A program made the translations under genes and the position numbers. Positions 20,431-31,064 of a stretch of DNA of 49,336 bases are shown piece after piece. The stretch lies in IMG/VR virus record IMGVR_UViG_3300032332_000936, positions 1 through 49,336 of that record. One strand, given 5' to 3'. Numbering within the stretch: position 1 is the stretch's first letter; each line of letters begins with the position of its first letter. The notes beneath the pieces were generated by a model that worked only from the letters and a program-made list of their open reading frames with translations, did no database searches and had not been told where the DNA came from. The DNA is from a virus (taxonomy: Duplodnaviria; Caudoviricetes).

Positions 20431-21290
20431 TGGCAAATGTAACCTATAATAGAATCATAAGGAAAATAACATTAGCCTTTGGTGATTTGTTTAACAACAT
20501 CACTATGGTTAGATATAACTTAGATGAAACTGAACAAGAAAGGTTAATAGTACCGATAACATATGGCACAAAAGAACTCTATGTTTCTCGTTTAGAAGGC
20601 GATCCAGATTTAGACAAACAAGTTCAGGTCACTTTACCAAGATTCTCATATATTTTAAACGATATTTCATATGATTCTTCTAGAAAATTAAACACAAATG
20701 TTCGTACATTTGCAAGAACAAATGGTGGCGGTACACAATACAGTTCTCAATATAATCCAGTACCGTATGATTTAGATTATACGTTATATCTATATGTTAG
20801 AAATATAGAAGATGGTGCGCAATTAGTTGAACATATTTTACCATATTTTACACCAGATTATACGATTAGAGTTGACTTGATAGAAGAAATGGGTATAACA
20901 AAAGAAATTCCTCTTATATTAAAAACTGTCAGTAACGATATTGTCTATGAAGGAAACAGAGATTCGGAAACAAGATACGTTGTATGGACGTTAAATTTTA
21001 CCGCGAAAGCATACATATATGGCAAGTCTGCTGGTAATGTTGGACTCATTAGAAATTCTATTGCAAATATCTATGACTATTATAGTCAGACTAAATTGGT
21101 CAAGATTCATGTTACACCAACACCCACAGATGGTGCAGGTAATACATATGCAAATACAATAACAACTATGGAATTTCCAAATATTGTAGAAGGTCTAAAT
21201 GTGCCTACAAACTTTGACGGTGACGCATTGGTGCAGGTTGGCGTAGACGATTTAAATTCATTAGAACAATACAATACAGATTTAAACTAA
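20430..21290 (+). CDS. gp15: Tail sheath stabilizer/terminator gp15
   Basis: FGDLFNNI, VPITYG.KE, TLPR, YNPVPY and EHILPYFTP. Confidence 0.92.
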   Translation: MANVTYNRIIRKITLAFGDLFNNITMVRYNLDETEQERLIVPITYGTKELYVSRLEGDPDLDKQVQVTLPRFSYILNDISYDSSRKLNTNVRTFARTNGGGTQYSSQYNPVPYDLDYTLYLYVRNIEDGAQLVEHILPYFTPDYTIRVDLIEEMGITKEIPLILKTVSNDIVYEGNRDSETRYVVWTLNFTAKAYIYGKSAGNVGLIRNSIANIYDYYSQTKLVKIHVTPTPTDGAGNTYANTITTMEFPNIVEGLNVPTNFDGDALVQVGVDDLNSLEQYNTDLN

Positions 21291-21302
21291 AGGATAGTTC
21301 AA

Positions 21303-22253
21303 ATGTCTAGAACATTACAATTTAAAAGATACGCAAATACAGCTGTTGCAAATACAACAGGCGCCAGTGGTGAATTAATAATTGATACTACAAACAAAAC
21401 GATTACTGTACATGATGGTACAACTGCTGGCGGTAGCAGAATAGCAACAGAAATTTATGTGGCGCAACAAATTAATTCAAACTATTCGATTGACGGTCAA
21501 ATTTTTGACAAAGCAAATACAGCAAATGTATTAGCACAATCCGCGTTTAATCAAGCAAATACTGCAAATGTATTAGCACAGTCTGCTTTTAATACTGCAA
21601 ATACAGCCAATGCATCAATTCAACCTGCTTTTAATCAAGCAAATACGGCTAACGTATTGGCACAGTCTGCTTTCAATACCGCAAATACAGCGAATGCATC
21701 AATTCAACCTGCTTTTAATCAAGCAAATACGGCTAACGTATTGGCACGATCCGCATTTGATAGAGGTAATACGGCTAACGTATTGGCACAATCTGCTTTT
21801 AATACTGCAAATACTGCGTCTTCGAATACCATTTATTTGCAAGGTGGTTTAAATACTGCTAATTCAAATACTGCATATCTTCAAGGTGCTCTAAACACAG
21901 CAAATACAAATATAAATGCTGCATCACAAACCGTTCCACAAAATGCACAAACTACAAATTATACTTTAGTTAATTCTGATGCAGGTAAACATTTATATTA
22001 TACCCAATCAGCAAACGTAAATTTATATATTCCTTGGTCATCGAATGCATCGTTTGCAAACGGTACAACAATTATGGTTGTATCAAGAACAACATCAAGT
22101 GCAAACGTGACTGTTACACCAAACACTGGCGTTACAATGTATCTTGCTGGCAACACAACGTCAGCATCACGAAACGTGACAACATATGGTATGGCCACAC
22201 TTATTCAAGTCGCAGCAAACACATGGTTTATTAATGGTACAGGAGTTGCATAA
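21303..22253 (+). CDS. Fibre-like protein with Mtd N-terminal domain and 14-aa AFNxANTANVLAQS repeats
   Basis: LQFKR...TGASGELIIDTTNKTITVHDGTTAGG resembles Mtd_N. C-terminal NYTLVNSDAGK...NTWFING module. Confidence 0.7.
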   Translation: MSRTLQFKRYANTAVANTTGASGELIIDTTNKTITVHDGTTAGGSRIATEIYVAQQINSNYSIDGQIFDKANTANVLAQSAFNQANTANVLAQSAFNTANTANASIQPAFNQANTANVLAQSAFNTANTANASIQPAFNQANTANVLARSAFDRGNTANVLAQSAFNTANTASSNTIYLQGGLNTANSNTAYLQGALNTANTNINAASQTVPQNAQTTNYTLVNSDAGKHLYYTQSANVNLYIPWSSNASFANGTTIMVVSRTTSSANVTVTPNTGVTMYLAGNTTSASRNVTTYGMATLIQVAANTWFINGTGVA

Positions 22254-23569
22254 TGAGTGGTATGATGGCTGTAATTGCCAGTAATGTGAGGGCGCCAGTA
22301 GTGTCTGTCACTGCTGGTCCATCTCTAGTATTAGATTTAGATGCGGCTAACTTTGTAGCTCTTCCTAGTGTTGGTGGTAGTTTTAATTTAAATGGTACTA
22401 GTCAGTATCTCTCAATCGCATCGAGTTCTGCGTTTGCTTTTGGCACTGCCGATTATACAATAGAAGGCTGGTTCTATACAACCAGTAATAGTGGAAGACT
22501 GTGGTATTTTGGTACTAACACCGATAATGTGGACCTTAATGGTAATGGTGGTATTTTTTACTGGAACGGAAGTCAATATCAAAGTGCTACTAATACAGTA
22601 ATAAACTTAAATACTTGGCAACATATAGCATTAGTGAGATCAAGTGGAACCATAACGCTATATGTAGATGGTGTTTCTGTAATGTCTCAAAGCGGAATTG
22701 GATATGATAGTTCATCTAATAGAACACTTGAAATTGGATACAGTTCAGCACAAGGTAATAATTATTTCAATGGTCGTATAAGTAACTTTAGAATAGTGAA
22801 AGGAACAGCAGTTTATACTGCAAACTTTACTCCAGCAACACAACCACTTTACCCAATTACAAATACAGTATTGTTAATACGACCGCAAGATAGTGGAACA
22901 TTGTTAACTGATTACAGTGCTGCACCACTTACTGTTACAAATAATGGTACTGTAACATATAATGCGGCGACACCATTTACTACTATAACAGATGCCACAG
23001 GTGCTTATACCATTACAGTGGCCAATGCTGGTGCCAGCATGTCTTGGCAATCTGCCAACGGCGGTGTGTTTAGAAAAAGCACCAGCTCTGGTACAGACTA
23101 CATCTATGGTGGTCCAAACTATGTCACTGGACAAAGTTATTCAGTCTTCATGGCCTACAAACTATCTGTAACTTCTTCTGGCAGATTGTTAAATACGCAA
23201 AGTGAATCGACTAAAGATTGGTTAATGGGTGCATATAATGGTAATCCAAATACTTTTTATCCAAACTATACAGTCAATTTACCATCCACTGGCGCAGATA
23301 ATATTTGGCACTTAGATGTTGCAACTTGGGATGACACGACAAAAAATGGTAAATTATACATAGCAACAAGCAGTCCATCGGGCGGTGCTGCATTTTCTAC
23401 TATAAGTTCTTCAGGTGGTGGATTTAATCAATTAAGACTATTCAGTCGCGCAGCAGGAACTGAAGTTCAATCCGCAGATATAGGATTTGTTAAAGTATAT
23501 AATGGTGTCTTATCTCTTACCGATATTCAATCATTACACGCTACATATAAAGCAAGATTTGGTTACTAA
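22253..23569 (+). CDS. LamG/concanavalin A-like lectin domain virion protein
   Basis: DYTIEGWFY, NTWQHIALVR, LYVDG, FNGRISNFRI and a second VKVYNGVLS...KARFG end. Confidence 0.8.
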   Translation: MSGMMAVIASNVRAPVVSVTAGPSLVLDLDAANFVALPSVGGSFNLNGTSQYLSIASSSAFAFGTADYTIEGWFYTTSNSGRLWYFGTNTDNVDLNGNGGIFYWNGSQYQSATNTVINLNTWQHIALVRSSGTITLYVDGVSVMSQSGIGYDSSSNRTLEIGYSSAQGNNYFNGRISNFRIVKGTAVYTANFTPATQPLYPITNTVLLIRPQDSGTLLTDYSAAPLTVTNNGTVTYNAATPFTTITDATGAYTITVANAGASMSWQSANGGVFRKSTSSGTDYIYGGPNYVTGQSYSVFMAYKLSVTSSGRLLNTQSESTKDWLMGAYNGNPNTFYPNYTVNLPSTGADNIWHLDVATWDDTTKNGKLYIATSSPSGGAAFSTISSSGGGFNQLRLFSRAAGTEVQSADIGFVKVYNGVLSLTDIQSLHATYKARFGY

Positions 23570-23572
23570 GTT

Positions 23573-24001
23573 ATGTCTAAATTTGAAAAATCTATGGAAG
23601 AAGTTTTTGATTTAGTTCCAGTTAAGGAACCAAACAGAGAAAAACTTCCTACAGTATCGACTAGATACAATGAACCTGATTTGAAACAAGATTTGACTGA
23701 TGCATATCAACAGTCAAAAGAAAACTTACAAGGTATTATAGACCAGGGTCAAGAGGCGATGGAAGAAATACTAGAGATTGCAAAACAATCTCAACATCCA
23801 CGAGCATTTGAAGTTTTTGGTGGGATTCTAAAAAACGTAGTCGATGCAAATAAAGAATTATTAACAATCCAAAAACAGATGCGTGAAATGGATGGCAAGA
23901 AAGAAACAAATAATACAACTATAGATAAGGCAATATTTGTTGGTTCTACGGCAGAATTAAGTAAATTGTTAAAAGGCAATAATGAAAGACAACTATCGTG
24001 A
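23573..24001 (+). CDS. gp16: Terminase small subunit gp16
   Basis: QHPRAFEV and FVGSTAEL motifs, immediately upstream of gp17. Confidence 0.9.
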   Translation: MSKFEKSMEEVFDLVPVKEPNREKLPTVSTRYNEPDLKQDLTDAYQQSKENLQGIIDQGQEAMEEILEIAKQSQHPRAFEVFGGILKNVVDANKELLTIQKQMREMDGKKETNNTTIDKAIFVGSTAELSKLLKGNNERQLS

Positions 24002-25649
24002 TAATCCACTACTCAAGAGAGTTGGCGTTGATATACAGTACACGGAAGAACAGGTACAAGAGTATATAAAGTGTGCTAAAGATCCAATTTATTTTGCAAA
24101 GTATATAAAAATTATTACTCTAGATGAAGGTTTAGTACCATTTAAATTGTATGATTTTCAGGAAGAAATGGTCAAAATCTTTCATGAAAATAGATTTGTT
24201 ATTACGAAATGTCCGCGTCAGGTTGGTAAAACTACCACAACAGTTGCATATCTACTATGGGTATCTTTGTTTCAAGATTCACAAAACATTGCAATTCTCG
24301 CCAATCGAGGACAAACAGCAAGAGACATTTTAAGTAAATATCAACTTGCATATGAAAACTTACCTCAATGGTTGCAACAAGGTGTCATCACCTGGAACAA
24401 GAGTTATGTCGAACTGGAGAATGGGTCAAAGATCGTTGCATCGTCGACCTCCTCGTCTGCGGCACGGTCAGGATCGTTTAATATCGTGTTTCTAGATGAG
24501 TTTGCATTCGTGCCAGGTAATATCGCCAATGAGTTTTTTACGTCTGTTTACCCTGTTATTACTGCTGGTACAAAAACAAAAATCATTATTGTTTCCACTC
24601 CTAACGGTATGAATCTGTTCTATAAGATATGGACAGATGCCGTTAACAAGAGAAACAATTATATTCCATTTGAAATTCACTGGTCTATGGTACCAGGAAG
24701 AGATGAAAAATGGAAAGAAGAAACAATAAAAAATACATCGGAACATCAGTTTAGACAAGAGTTTGAAACTGAATTCTTAGGATCCACAAACACATTAATT
24801 TCAGGCACAAAACTACAGCAATTGGTATATCAACAACCGATTGCGCAACATGATAATATTTTAATATATGAACATCCAATTAAAGGTGATGATGATAAGA
24901 AAAAAGACCATCTATACGCAATTATTGTGGATGTGTCTGAAGGCAGAAATATGGACTCATCTGTATTTTGCGTGATTGATATATCGACAACACCATACAA
25001 ACAAGTTGCAGTTTATAAAAATGCTGCGATTTCACCAATATTATTTCCAACAGTCATTTATAATGCGGCAAAGTATTACAATGATGCGTATATTTTGGTA
25101 GAAATAAATAACAACCCACAAGTGGCAGATGTTATACATCAAGATTTAGAATACGAAAACCTTTTAAAAGTATTTACTGGCAACAAAAAACCACAACAAC
25201 TTTCTTCTGGTTTTGGTAGAGGTGTACAAATGGGTCTTAAAATGTCACCTGCCGTTAAGAGAATCGGTTGTTCCAATCTAAAAACTTTAATTGAAGGCAA
25301 CAAATTAGTGGTACAAGATTTCGATACAATTTCGGAACTAACAACATTTGTTGCAAATAAAACATCTTTTGCAGCAGAAGAAGGTGCAAATGATGACCTT
25401 GCAATGGCACTAGTTATTTTTGCATGGGCAACTACACAAAAATATTTTAGAGAAATTGTGAACCATGATATTAGAAAACAACTTCAATTAGAAAATATGA
25501 ATCAACATGATGAAGATGTTTTACCTGCACCAATTATAGAAACTGGTCTTGAAAGTCCTTTTGAATTAATGGGTGGAGATTTGTGGGAACTTGCAGATGG
25601 CGGACCCACTTATGATAGTTATATAAGAGACTTTCATAAAAATCTCTAA
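23982..25649 (+). CDS. gp17: Terminase large subunit gp17
   Basis: PRQVGKTT Walker A, FLDEFAF Walker B, STPNG and DDLAMAL. Confidence 0.96.
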   Translation: MKDNYRDNPLLKRVGVDIQYTEEQVQEYIKCAKDPIYFAKYIKIITLDEGLVPFKLYDFQEEMVKIFHENRFVITKCPRQVGKTTTTVAYLLWVSLFQDSQNIAILANRGQTARDILSKYQLAYENLPQWLQQGVITWNKSYVELENGSKIVASSTSSSAARSGSFNIVFLDEFAFVPGNIANEFFTSVYPVITAGTKTKIIIVSTPNGMNLFYKIWTDAVNKRNNYIPFEIHWSMVPGRDEKWKEETIKNTSEHQFRQEFETEFLGSTNTLISGTKLQQLVYQQPIAQHDNILIYEHPIKGDDDKKKDHLYAIIVDVSEGRNMDSSVFCVIDISTTPYKQVAVYKNAAISPILFPTVIYNAAKYYNDAYILVEINNNPQVADVIHQDLEYENLLKVFTGNKKPQQLSSGFGRGVQMGLKMSPAVKRIGCSNLKTLIEGNKLVVQDFDTISELTTFVANKTSFAAEEGANDDLAMALVIFAWATTQKYFREIVNHDIRKQLQLENMNQHDEDVLPAPIIETGLESPFELMGGDLWELADGGPTYDSYIRDFHKNL

Positions 25650-25660
25650 ACACTCGTATT

Positions 25661-25668
25661 CATAAATA
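25661..25668 (+). promoter_or_regulatory. T4-type late promoter (CATAAATA) for gp18
   Basis: Intergenic position. A second AATAAATA lies at 25697-25704. Confidence 0.6.
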
Positions 25669-25728
25669 TCAATATGATTAAATGATTGATTGAACAAATA
25701 AATAGAAAAATAATTTAAGGAGACAAAA

Positions 25729-27441
25729 ATGGCATTTTCAATATCTCCAGGAGTAACAGTTTCAGAAGTTGATTTGACAACAGTCATTCCTTCAGTACTT
25801 ACTACTGCCGGTGCTTTTGCTGGAGCATTCAATTGGGGACCAGCGAATAAAAGAATTCAAATCAGTTCGGAATCACAATTATTTTCCATATTCACGAAAC
25901 CTGATTCCAATACATACATTTCTTATTATACAGCTGCCAGTTTCTTGGCATACGGAAATAATTTAAGAGTAGTGCGAACTGTTGGAGCAAATTCGTTTAA
26001 TGCTGATGCCAATGCATCTTATAATATTACTGTTAAAAATGAAGATGATTTCCAGTATTCTTATCTTTCTGGAAATAATGCAAACGTCGCAGGTCCATTC
26101 ATTGCGCGTTATCCTGGTGTACTAGGCAATTCATTAACTGTTGGTGTATTAGATTCATGCCCAACAGCCAATTTTACTGGTTGGCAGGTCAATAGCATTA
26201 ATGTTTCTTCGTATTTTGCAGGCGCGCCAGGAACTTCAGCACAAGCAAATACGGCTGGCTCAGCTAATGATGAATTGCACGTTATTGTTTTAGATACCAA
26301 TGGATTGTTTACTGGTGTTAAAAATCAAGTCTTAGAAGTATTCCCTTATTTGTCAAAGGCGAGTGACGCAAAAGACCCATTAGGCAATTCAAATTATTAC
26401 AAGAATTATATTTTCAATAATTCAAAATATATCTATGCAATGGATCCAATCAGTTATGCGACAACTAATTCGACATGGGGTTTACCATTCTTAAATGGCG
26501 CTACATTTGCAACTGTTGGAACAGGAACCACAGTTCAATTGTCTGGTGGTGCCGATGATATGCCAAGCACTTCTAACTTACAAATATCATATGACTTATA
26601 TAAAAATGCCGATGAAGTAGACATTTCATTAATTATCACTGGCGACGCAAATACAACTTTACAAGGATATGTTAGAGATATTGCGGAAAGTAGGAAAGAT
26701 TGTATCGCATTCATTTCTCCACCTTCTTCTAATGTTGTCAACCAAGCAGGAAATGAAACAACTAAATTGACAACATGGGCTTCAAGCATAACAACATCTA
26801 CATATGTTGTTGCCGATTGTGGTTGGAAATACATGTTTGACAAATACAACAATGTTTATCGTTGGATTCCATTAAACGGTGACATTGCCGGACTCTGTGT
26901 CAATACAGATAGTGTTAGAGATCCATGGTTCTCACCTGCTGGTTTTAATCGTGGCGCACTAAAGAATGTTGTTAAGTTGGCATGGAATCCTACAAAAGCA
27001 CAAAGAGATACGATTTATCCTTTAGGTATTAATCCAGTTGGAACTTTCCCTGGACAAGGTACTGTATTGTTTGGCGACAAAACTTTTACAACAAAGCCTT
27101 CTGCTTTTGACAGAATTAATGTTCGTAGATTGTTTATCGTATTAGAAAAAACTATTGCACAAGCATCTAAATATTCATTATTTGAATTTAATGATGAATT
27201 TACTCGCTCTCAATTTGTTGCGTTAGTCACACCTTTCTTGCGTGATGTACAAGGTCGTAGAGGCATTTATGACTTCCGTGTTGTTTGTGATACAACAAAT
27301 AATACACCTCAAGTTATAGATTCTAATCAGTTTGTCGGAGACATTTATGTGAAGCCTGCCCGTTCAATTAATTTTATTCAATTGAACTTTGTTGCTGTGA
27401 GAACTGGTGTTAACTTTAGTGAGATTGTTGGACAGTTCTAA
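25729..27441 (+). CDS. gp18: Tail sheath protein gp18
   Basis: SPGVTVSEVDLT, PWFSPAG.NRG, FDRINVRRLF and KPARSINFI. Confidence 0.96.
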   Translation: MAFSISPGVTVSEVDLTTVIPSVLTTAGAFAGAFNWGPANKRIQISSESQLFSIFTKPDSNTYISYYTAASFLAYGNNLRVVRTVGANSFNADANASYNITVKNEDDFQYSYLSGNNANVAGPFIARYPGVLGNSLTVGVLDSCPTANFTGWQVNSINVSSYFAGAPGTSAQANTAGSANDELHVIVLDTNGLFTGVKNQVLEVFPYLSKASDAKDPLGNSNYYKNYIFNNSKYIYAMDPISYATTNSTWGLPFLNGATFATVGTGTTVQLSGGADDMPSTSNLQISYDLYKNADEVDISLIITGDANTTLQGYVRDIAESRKDCIAFISPPSSNVVNQAGNETTKLTTWASSITTSTYVVADCGWKYMFDKYNNVYRWIPLNGDIAGLCVNTDSVRDPWFSPAGFNRGALKNVVKLAWNPTKAQRDTIYPLGINPVGTFPGQGTVLFGDKTFTTKPSAFDRINVRRLFIVLEKTIAQASKYSLFEFNDEFTRSQFVALVTPFLRDVQGRRGIYDFRVVCDTTNNTPQVIDSNQFVGDIYVKPARSINFIQLNFVAVRTGVNFSEIVGQF

Positions 27442-27469
27442 TAAATAAAACAATAAAGGAGATTTAATA

Positions 27470-28015
27470 ATGGCATTCAACGTAGCCGAATTTAGAGCAA
27501 ATATGATAGGGGACGGTGCCCGTCCCAATCTATTTTCAGTATCACTTTCATTTCCAGTTATTGCAACAAACGGAGTTGCTTCTGGCCAGAAACTAACATT
27601 TATGGCCAGAGCAGCACAATTGCCAGGTTCTACAATTGGACAAGTTCCAGTTTATTACTTTGGTCGAGAAGTAAAGTTTGCAGGTAACAGAACATTTGCT
27701 GATTGGACAATACAGATTATCAATGACGAAGATTTCACAATTAGAAATTCTATGGAATCTTGGATGAATGCCATCAATAGTCATAGAGGTAATATTCGTA
27801 ATACAAACGCGAAATCGCCTGTATCGTATACATCAGATGCAAAGGTCACGCAATTTGGAAAAACAGGTGACACATTAAAAGAGTATAACTTTATTGGAAT
27901 GTTCCCAACAGATGTTGCACCAATTGATTTAGATTGGAGCAGCAATGATTCTATTGAAGAATATCAGGTAACATTTGCTTACCAATGGTGGGAATCAGTT
28001 CCAACAACCACCTAA
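27470..28015 (+). CDS. gp19: Tail tube protein gp19
   Basis: GARPNLF, AQLPGS, AGNRTFADW and IEEYQVTFAY. AATAAATA at 27440-27447 upstream. Confidence 0.95.
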   Translation: MAFNVAEFRANMIGDGARPNLFSVSLSFPVIATNGVASGQKLTFMARAAQLPGSTIGQVPVYYFGREVKFAGNRTFADWTIQIINDEDFTIRNSMESWMNAINSHRGNIRNTNAKSPVSYTSDAKVTQFGKTGDTLKEYNFIGMFPTDVAPIDLDWSSNDSIEEYQVTFAYQWWESVPTTT

Positions 28016-28051
28016 ATATTTTGTGGTTCTAATTGTGAATAAGGTAATATA

Positions 28052-29641
28052 ATGGCAAATAAATTTAGTCTTTTTGGTTTTACCATAAGCAAAGATGAAG
28101 CTGAGCAAAAAAATGCTCAGCCATCTTTCACGCCACCTAATAATGATGACGGTGCATTAACTATAAGTTCCGCAGCATATTATGGAACATATGTTGACTT
28201 AGACGGTACTGCAAAAAATGAAGTAGAATTAATTTCAAGATATCGTGAAATGGCGATGCAACCTGAAATTGAATCAGCAATCGATGATATTGTTAATGAA
28301 GCAATATCACAAGATGATGACGGAACAATTATCAAAATTGTTTTAGATAATCTTAAACAACCAGAAAAAATCAAAAATGCCATCAAGGCAGAATTTCACA
28401 CGCTATTAAAATTGTTAAATTACAACAATATGGCGGCCGATATTTTTAGACGATATTATATTGATGGTAGATTGTATTATCATATCTTAATAGACCGTGA
28501 AAATCCAACGCAAGGCATAAAAGAACTGCGTTATATTGATCCAAGAAAACTGCGTAAAGTCAGAGAAATCAAAAAGAGAAAAGATGAACGAACTGGTGCA
28601 GAAGTGATGGATACTGTAAATGAGTATTATCTTTTTAATGACAAACTTGTTTCCACATCTTCTTCTAATTTTGGTCCTGTTGGTGTCAGAATCACTACAG
28701 ATTCTATCATTTCTGTTGTTTCTGGTCTTATGGATTCTCGGCGTTCAGTTGTTTTATCTTATCTACACAAAGCAATCAAACCTTTAAATCAGTTGCGTAT
28801 GATTGAAGATGCGACTGTTATCTATCGTATCTCAAGAGCACCAGAAAGAAGAATTTTCTATATTGACGTTGGCAATTTACCAAAATTAAAAGCAGAACAA
28901 TATATGCGTGACATTATGGTCAAGTATAAAAATAAACTTGTCTATGATGCAAACACAGGTGAAGTCCGAGATGATCGTAAATTCTTATCAATGATGGAAG
29001 ATTTTTGGTTGCCTCGCCGTGAAGGTGGCAAAGGCACAGAAATTAGCACATTGCCAGGTGGCCAAAACCTAGGCGAACTAGAAGATGTTAAGTATTTTGA
29101 AAAAAAACTTTATAAATCTTTGTGTGTTCCAATTTCTAGACTAGATCCAAATAGTGCAGGGTTTTCATTCAATCGTGTTTCTGAAGTCACAAGAGATGAA
29201 TTAAAATTTTCTAAATTTGTCGAAAGAATGCGTAACAAATTCTCTGATTTATTTGACCAGACATTAAGAGTGCAATGCGTTCTAAAAGGTATTTGCACAG
29301 AAGAAGAATGGACAGATTTCAAAGAATACATTTATTTTGATTTTATTAGAGATAATAATTTTACTGAAATGAGAGAAGCAGAGTTGATGAAAGAAAGATT
29401 AACATTATTGCAACAAATTGACAATTATACAGGACGTTATTTTTCACAATCTTGGATACAAAGACATGTATTGAGACTAACTGATGATGAAATACAAATA
29501 ATGCAACAAGAAATGGATGAAGAAAAATCATTAGGTTTAGGGTTGCCAGTTGATGTTACAAATAATGTAGCGCAACAACAAATGATGAATATGACACAAC
29601 AAGAGATGCCGCCTGTGCCTCCACAAGCGCCACAACAATAA
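28052..29641 (+). CDS. gp20: Portal vertex protein gp20
   Basis: YRISRAPERRIFYIDVGNLPK and EDFWLPRREGGKGTEI.TLPG. Confidence 0.97.
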   Translation: MANKFSLFGFTISKDEAEQKNAQPSFTPPNNDDGALTISSAAYYGTYVDLDGTAKNEVELISRYREMAMQPEIESAIDDIVNEAISQDDDGTIIKIVLDNLKQPEKIKNAIKAEFHTLLKLLNYNNMAADIFRRYYIDGRLYYHILIDRENPTQGIKELRYIDPRKLRKVREIKKRKDERTGAEVMDTVNEYYLFNDKLVSTSSSNFGPVGVRITTDSIISVVSGLMDSRRSVVLSYLHKAIKPLNQLRMIEDATVIYRISRAPERRIFYIDVGNLPKLKAEQYMRDIMVKYKNKLVYDANTGEVRDDRKFLSMMEDFWLPRREGGKGTEISTLPGGQNLGELEDVKYFEKKLYKSLCVPISRLDPNSAGFSFNRVSEVTRDELKFSKFVERMRNKFSDLFDQTLRVQCVLKGICTEEEWTDFKEYIYFDFIRDNNFTEMREAELMKERLTLLQQIDNYTGRYFSQSWIQRHVLRLTDDEIQIMQQEMDEEKSLGLGLPVDVTNNVAQQQMMNMTQQEMPPVPPQAPQQ

Positions 29642-29646
29642 TATAT

Positions 29647-29654
29647 TATAAATA
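29647..29654 (+). promoter_or_regulatory. T4 late promoter TATAAATA
   Basis: Exact consensus, intergenic. Confidence 0.8.
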
Positions 29655-29672
29655 TTTAAACTGGAGAAAATT

Positions 29673-29852
29673 ATGTCTGATACAAGAAATATTATTGATT
29701 ATGCATATGAAGATAATGGTGTAGAATTTCGAAATGCACTTTACTCTGCAATACATGATAGAGTTTCTGCACATATCGAAACAAAAAAACAAGAATTGGC
29801 ACAAACTTTGATTGGCGTAAACCAACCAGAAACAGAAGAATCTGAGGAATAA
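29673..29852 (+). CDS. Small acidic prohead core protein (gp67-like), not in the ORF track
   Basis: Hand translation MSDTRNIIDYAYEDNGVEFRNALYSAIHDRVSAHIETKKQELAQTLIGVNQPETEESEE (59 aa). GGAG SD and position directly after gp20. Confidence 0.7.
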   Translation: MSDTRNIIDYAYEDNGVEFRNALYSAIHDRVSAHIETKKQELAQTLIGVNQPETEESEE

Positions 29853-29855
29853 AAA

Positions 29856-30371
29856 ATGGCAATTGCAAATAGTTCACAAATATTAATTGATACAAATAAA
29901 AGAACTGTAATCAAAAGGGTTGGCATATTGGATTCAGACGAAACGTCTACAGTTTGGATCGACCCAAGAGCTCTTGCATTTGCATTAAATGCAAACAATC
30001 AACCATATCAAGCAGGCAATACGACTGCGCCAGAATTTGCAAATTCAGCATTTACTATTTCTAGAGTTATTGCTTCTGTTGATGACACCGTAGGACATTT
30101 ACAATTAATTTGGCAAGGAACAAGTTCCGATAGAACAGCATTTGCATTTGGGGTTGGTTCTATAGACACAAATCCACAATATCAATTGCCAGTAATTACA
30201 AATAGTGCAGTTGGACCAACAGGCAATTTATTAATTAAAACAGTTGGAACAACAGCAAATGCTGCATATACAATAATCGTTGAGTTACACAAAGACAATC
30301 GTTTCTATGATGCTGGTTGGGGAAGAGATCCTGCTGCATTTAATTATGGTCCATATGCAGTAAAACCATAA
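29856..30371 (+). CDS. Hypothetical protein in the head module
   Basis: 171-aa ORF between the gp67-like gene and gp21. Confidence 0.65.
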   Translation: MAIANSSQILIDTNKRTVIKRVGILDSDETSTVWIDPRALAFALNANNQPYQAGNTTAPEFANSAFTISRVIASVDDTVGHLQLIWQGTSSDRTAFAFGVGSIDTNPQYQLPVITNSAVGPTGNLLIKTVGTTANAAYTIIVELHKDNRFYDAGWGRDPAAFNYGPYAVKP

Positions 30372-30380
30372 GAGATATTC

Positions 30381-31025
30381 ATGAAGTTAATTAAAGAAAT
30401 CTTTGAAGAAGTAGAATACATAACCGAAGAAACTGACGGTAAGAAATCTATGTACATTTCTGGACCTTTTCTTGTGTCTGAACAAAAGAACAAGAACGGA
30501 AGAATGTACAAATATGATACTTTAAAAAAAGAAGTTAATAGATATACAGAAGAATATATTAGAAAGAATCGTGCTTTTGGAGAATTAGGTCATCCAGAAA
30601 CACCAACAATTAATCTAGACCGCGTTTCACATATGATAGTTAGTCTATCAGAAAATGGAACTAATTGGGTAGGTAAAGCAAAAATTCTTGACACACCAAT
30701 GGGCAACATTGCTAGAAATCTTATTGAAGGCGGTGCGCAACTTGGAGTGTCATCAAGGGGTATGGGGTCACTAAAAAATGTTAACGGTGTCAATATCGTT
30801 CAAGGTGATTTCCATTTAGCCACAGCGGCAGACATTGTAGCAGACCCTTCTGCGCCAGGTGCATTTGTACATGGTATCATGGAAGGAAAAGAATGGATGT
30901 TAGTAGATGGCGTATGGACTGAAATAGATCACGTTGAAGCAATACAAGAAATTCGTAAAGCTTCTAAACATGAAATAGAACAAGTAAGTTTACGCATTTT
31001 TGAAAACTTCATAAAAAAACTTTAA
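30381..31025 (+). CDS. gp21: Prohead protease gp21
   Basis: NKNGRMY, GELGHP, GVSSRGMGS and DIVADPSAP. Confidence 0.95.
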   Translation: MKLIKEIFEEVEYITEETDGKKSMYISGPFLVSEQKNKNGRMYKYDTLKKEVNRYTEEYIRKNRAFGELGHPETPTINLDRVSHMIVSLSENGTNWVGKAKILDTPMGNIARNLIEGGAQLGVSSRGMGSLKNVNGVNIVQGDFHLATAADIVADPSAPGAFVHGIMEGKEWMLVDGVWTEIDHVEAIQEIRKASKHEIEQVSLRIFENFIKKL

Positions 31026-31026
31026 T

Positions 31027-31034
31027 TATAAATA
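31027..31034 (+). promoter_or_regulatory. T4 late promoter TATAAATA
   Basis: Exact consensus upstream of gp22. Confidence 0.8.
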
Positions 31035-31064
31035 TACAATACAAGAAACAAGGAGTTCTTCAAA

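Noticed and set aside
21303-23569. Diversity-generating retroelement suggested by the Mtd_N domain
   Set aside because: No reverse transcriptase and no TR/VR pair differing at adenines was seen in this window. Mtd_N is common without DGRs.
29692-29998. Minus-strand ORFs 29692..29895 and 29741..29998
   Set aside because: The region is better explained by the plus-strand 59-aa gp67-like ORF with SD and late promoter, followed by the 29856 ORF.
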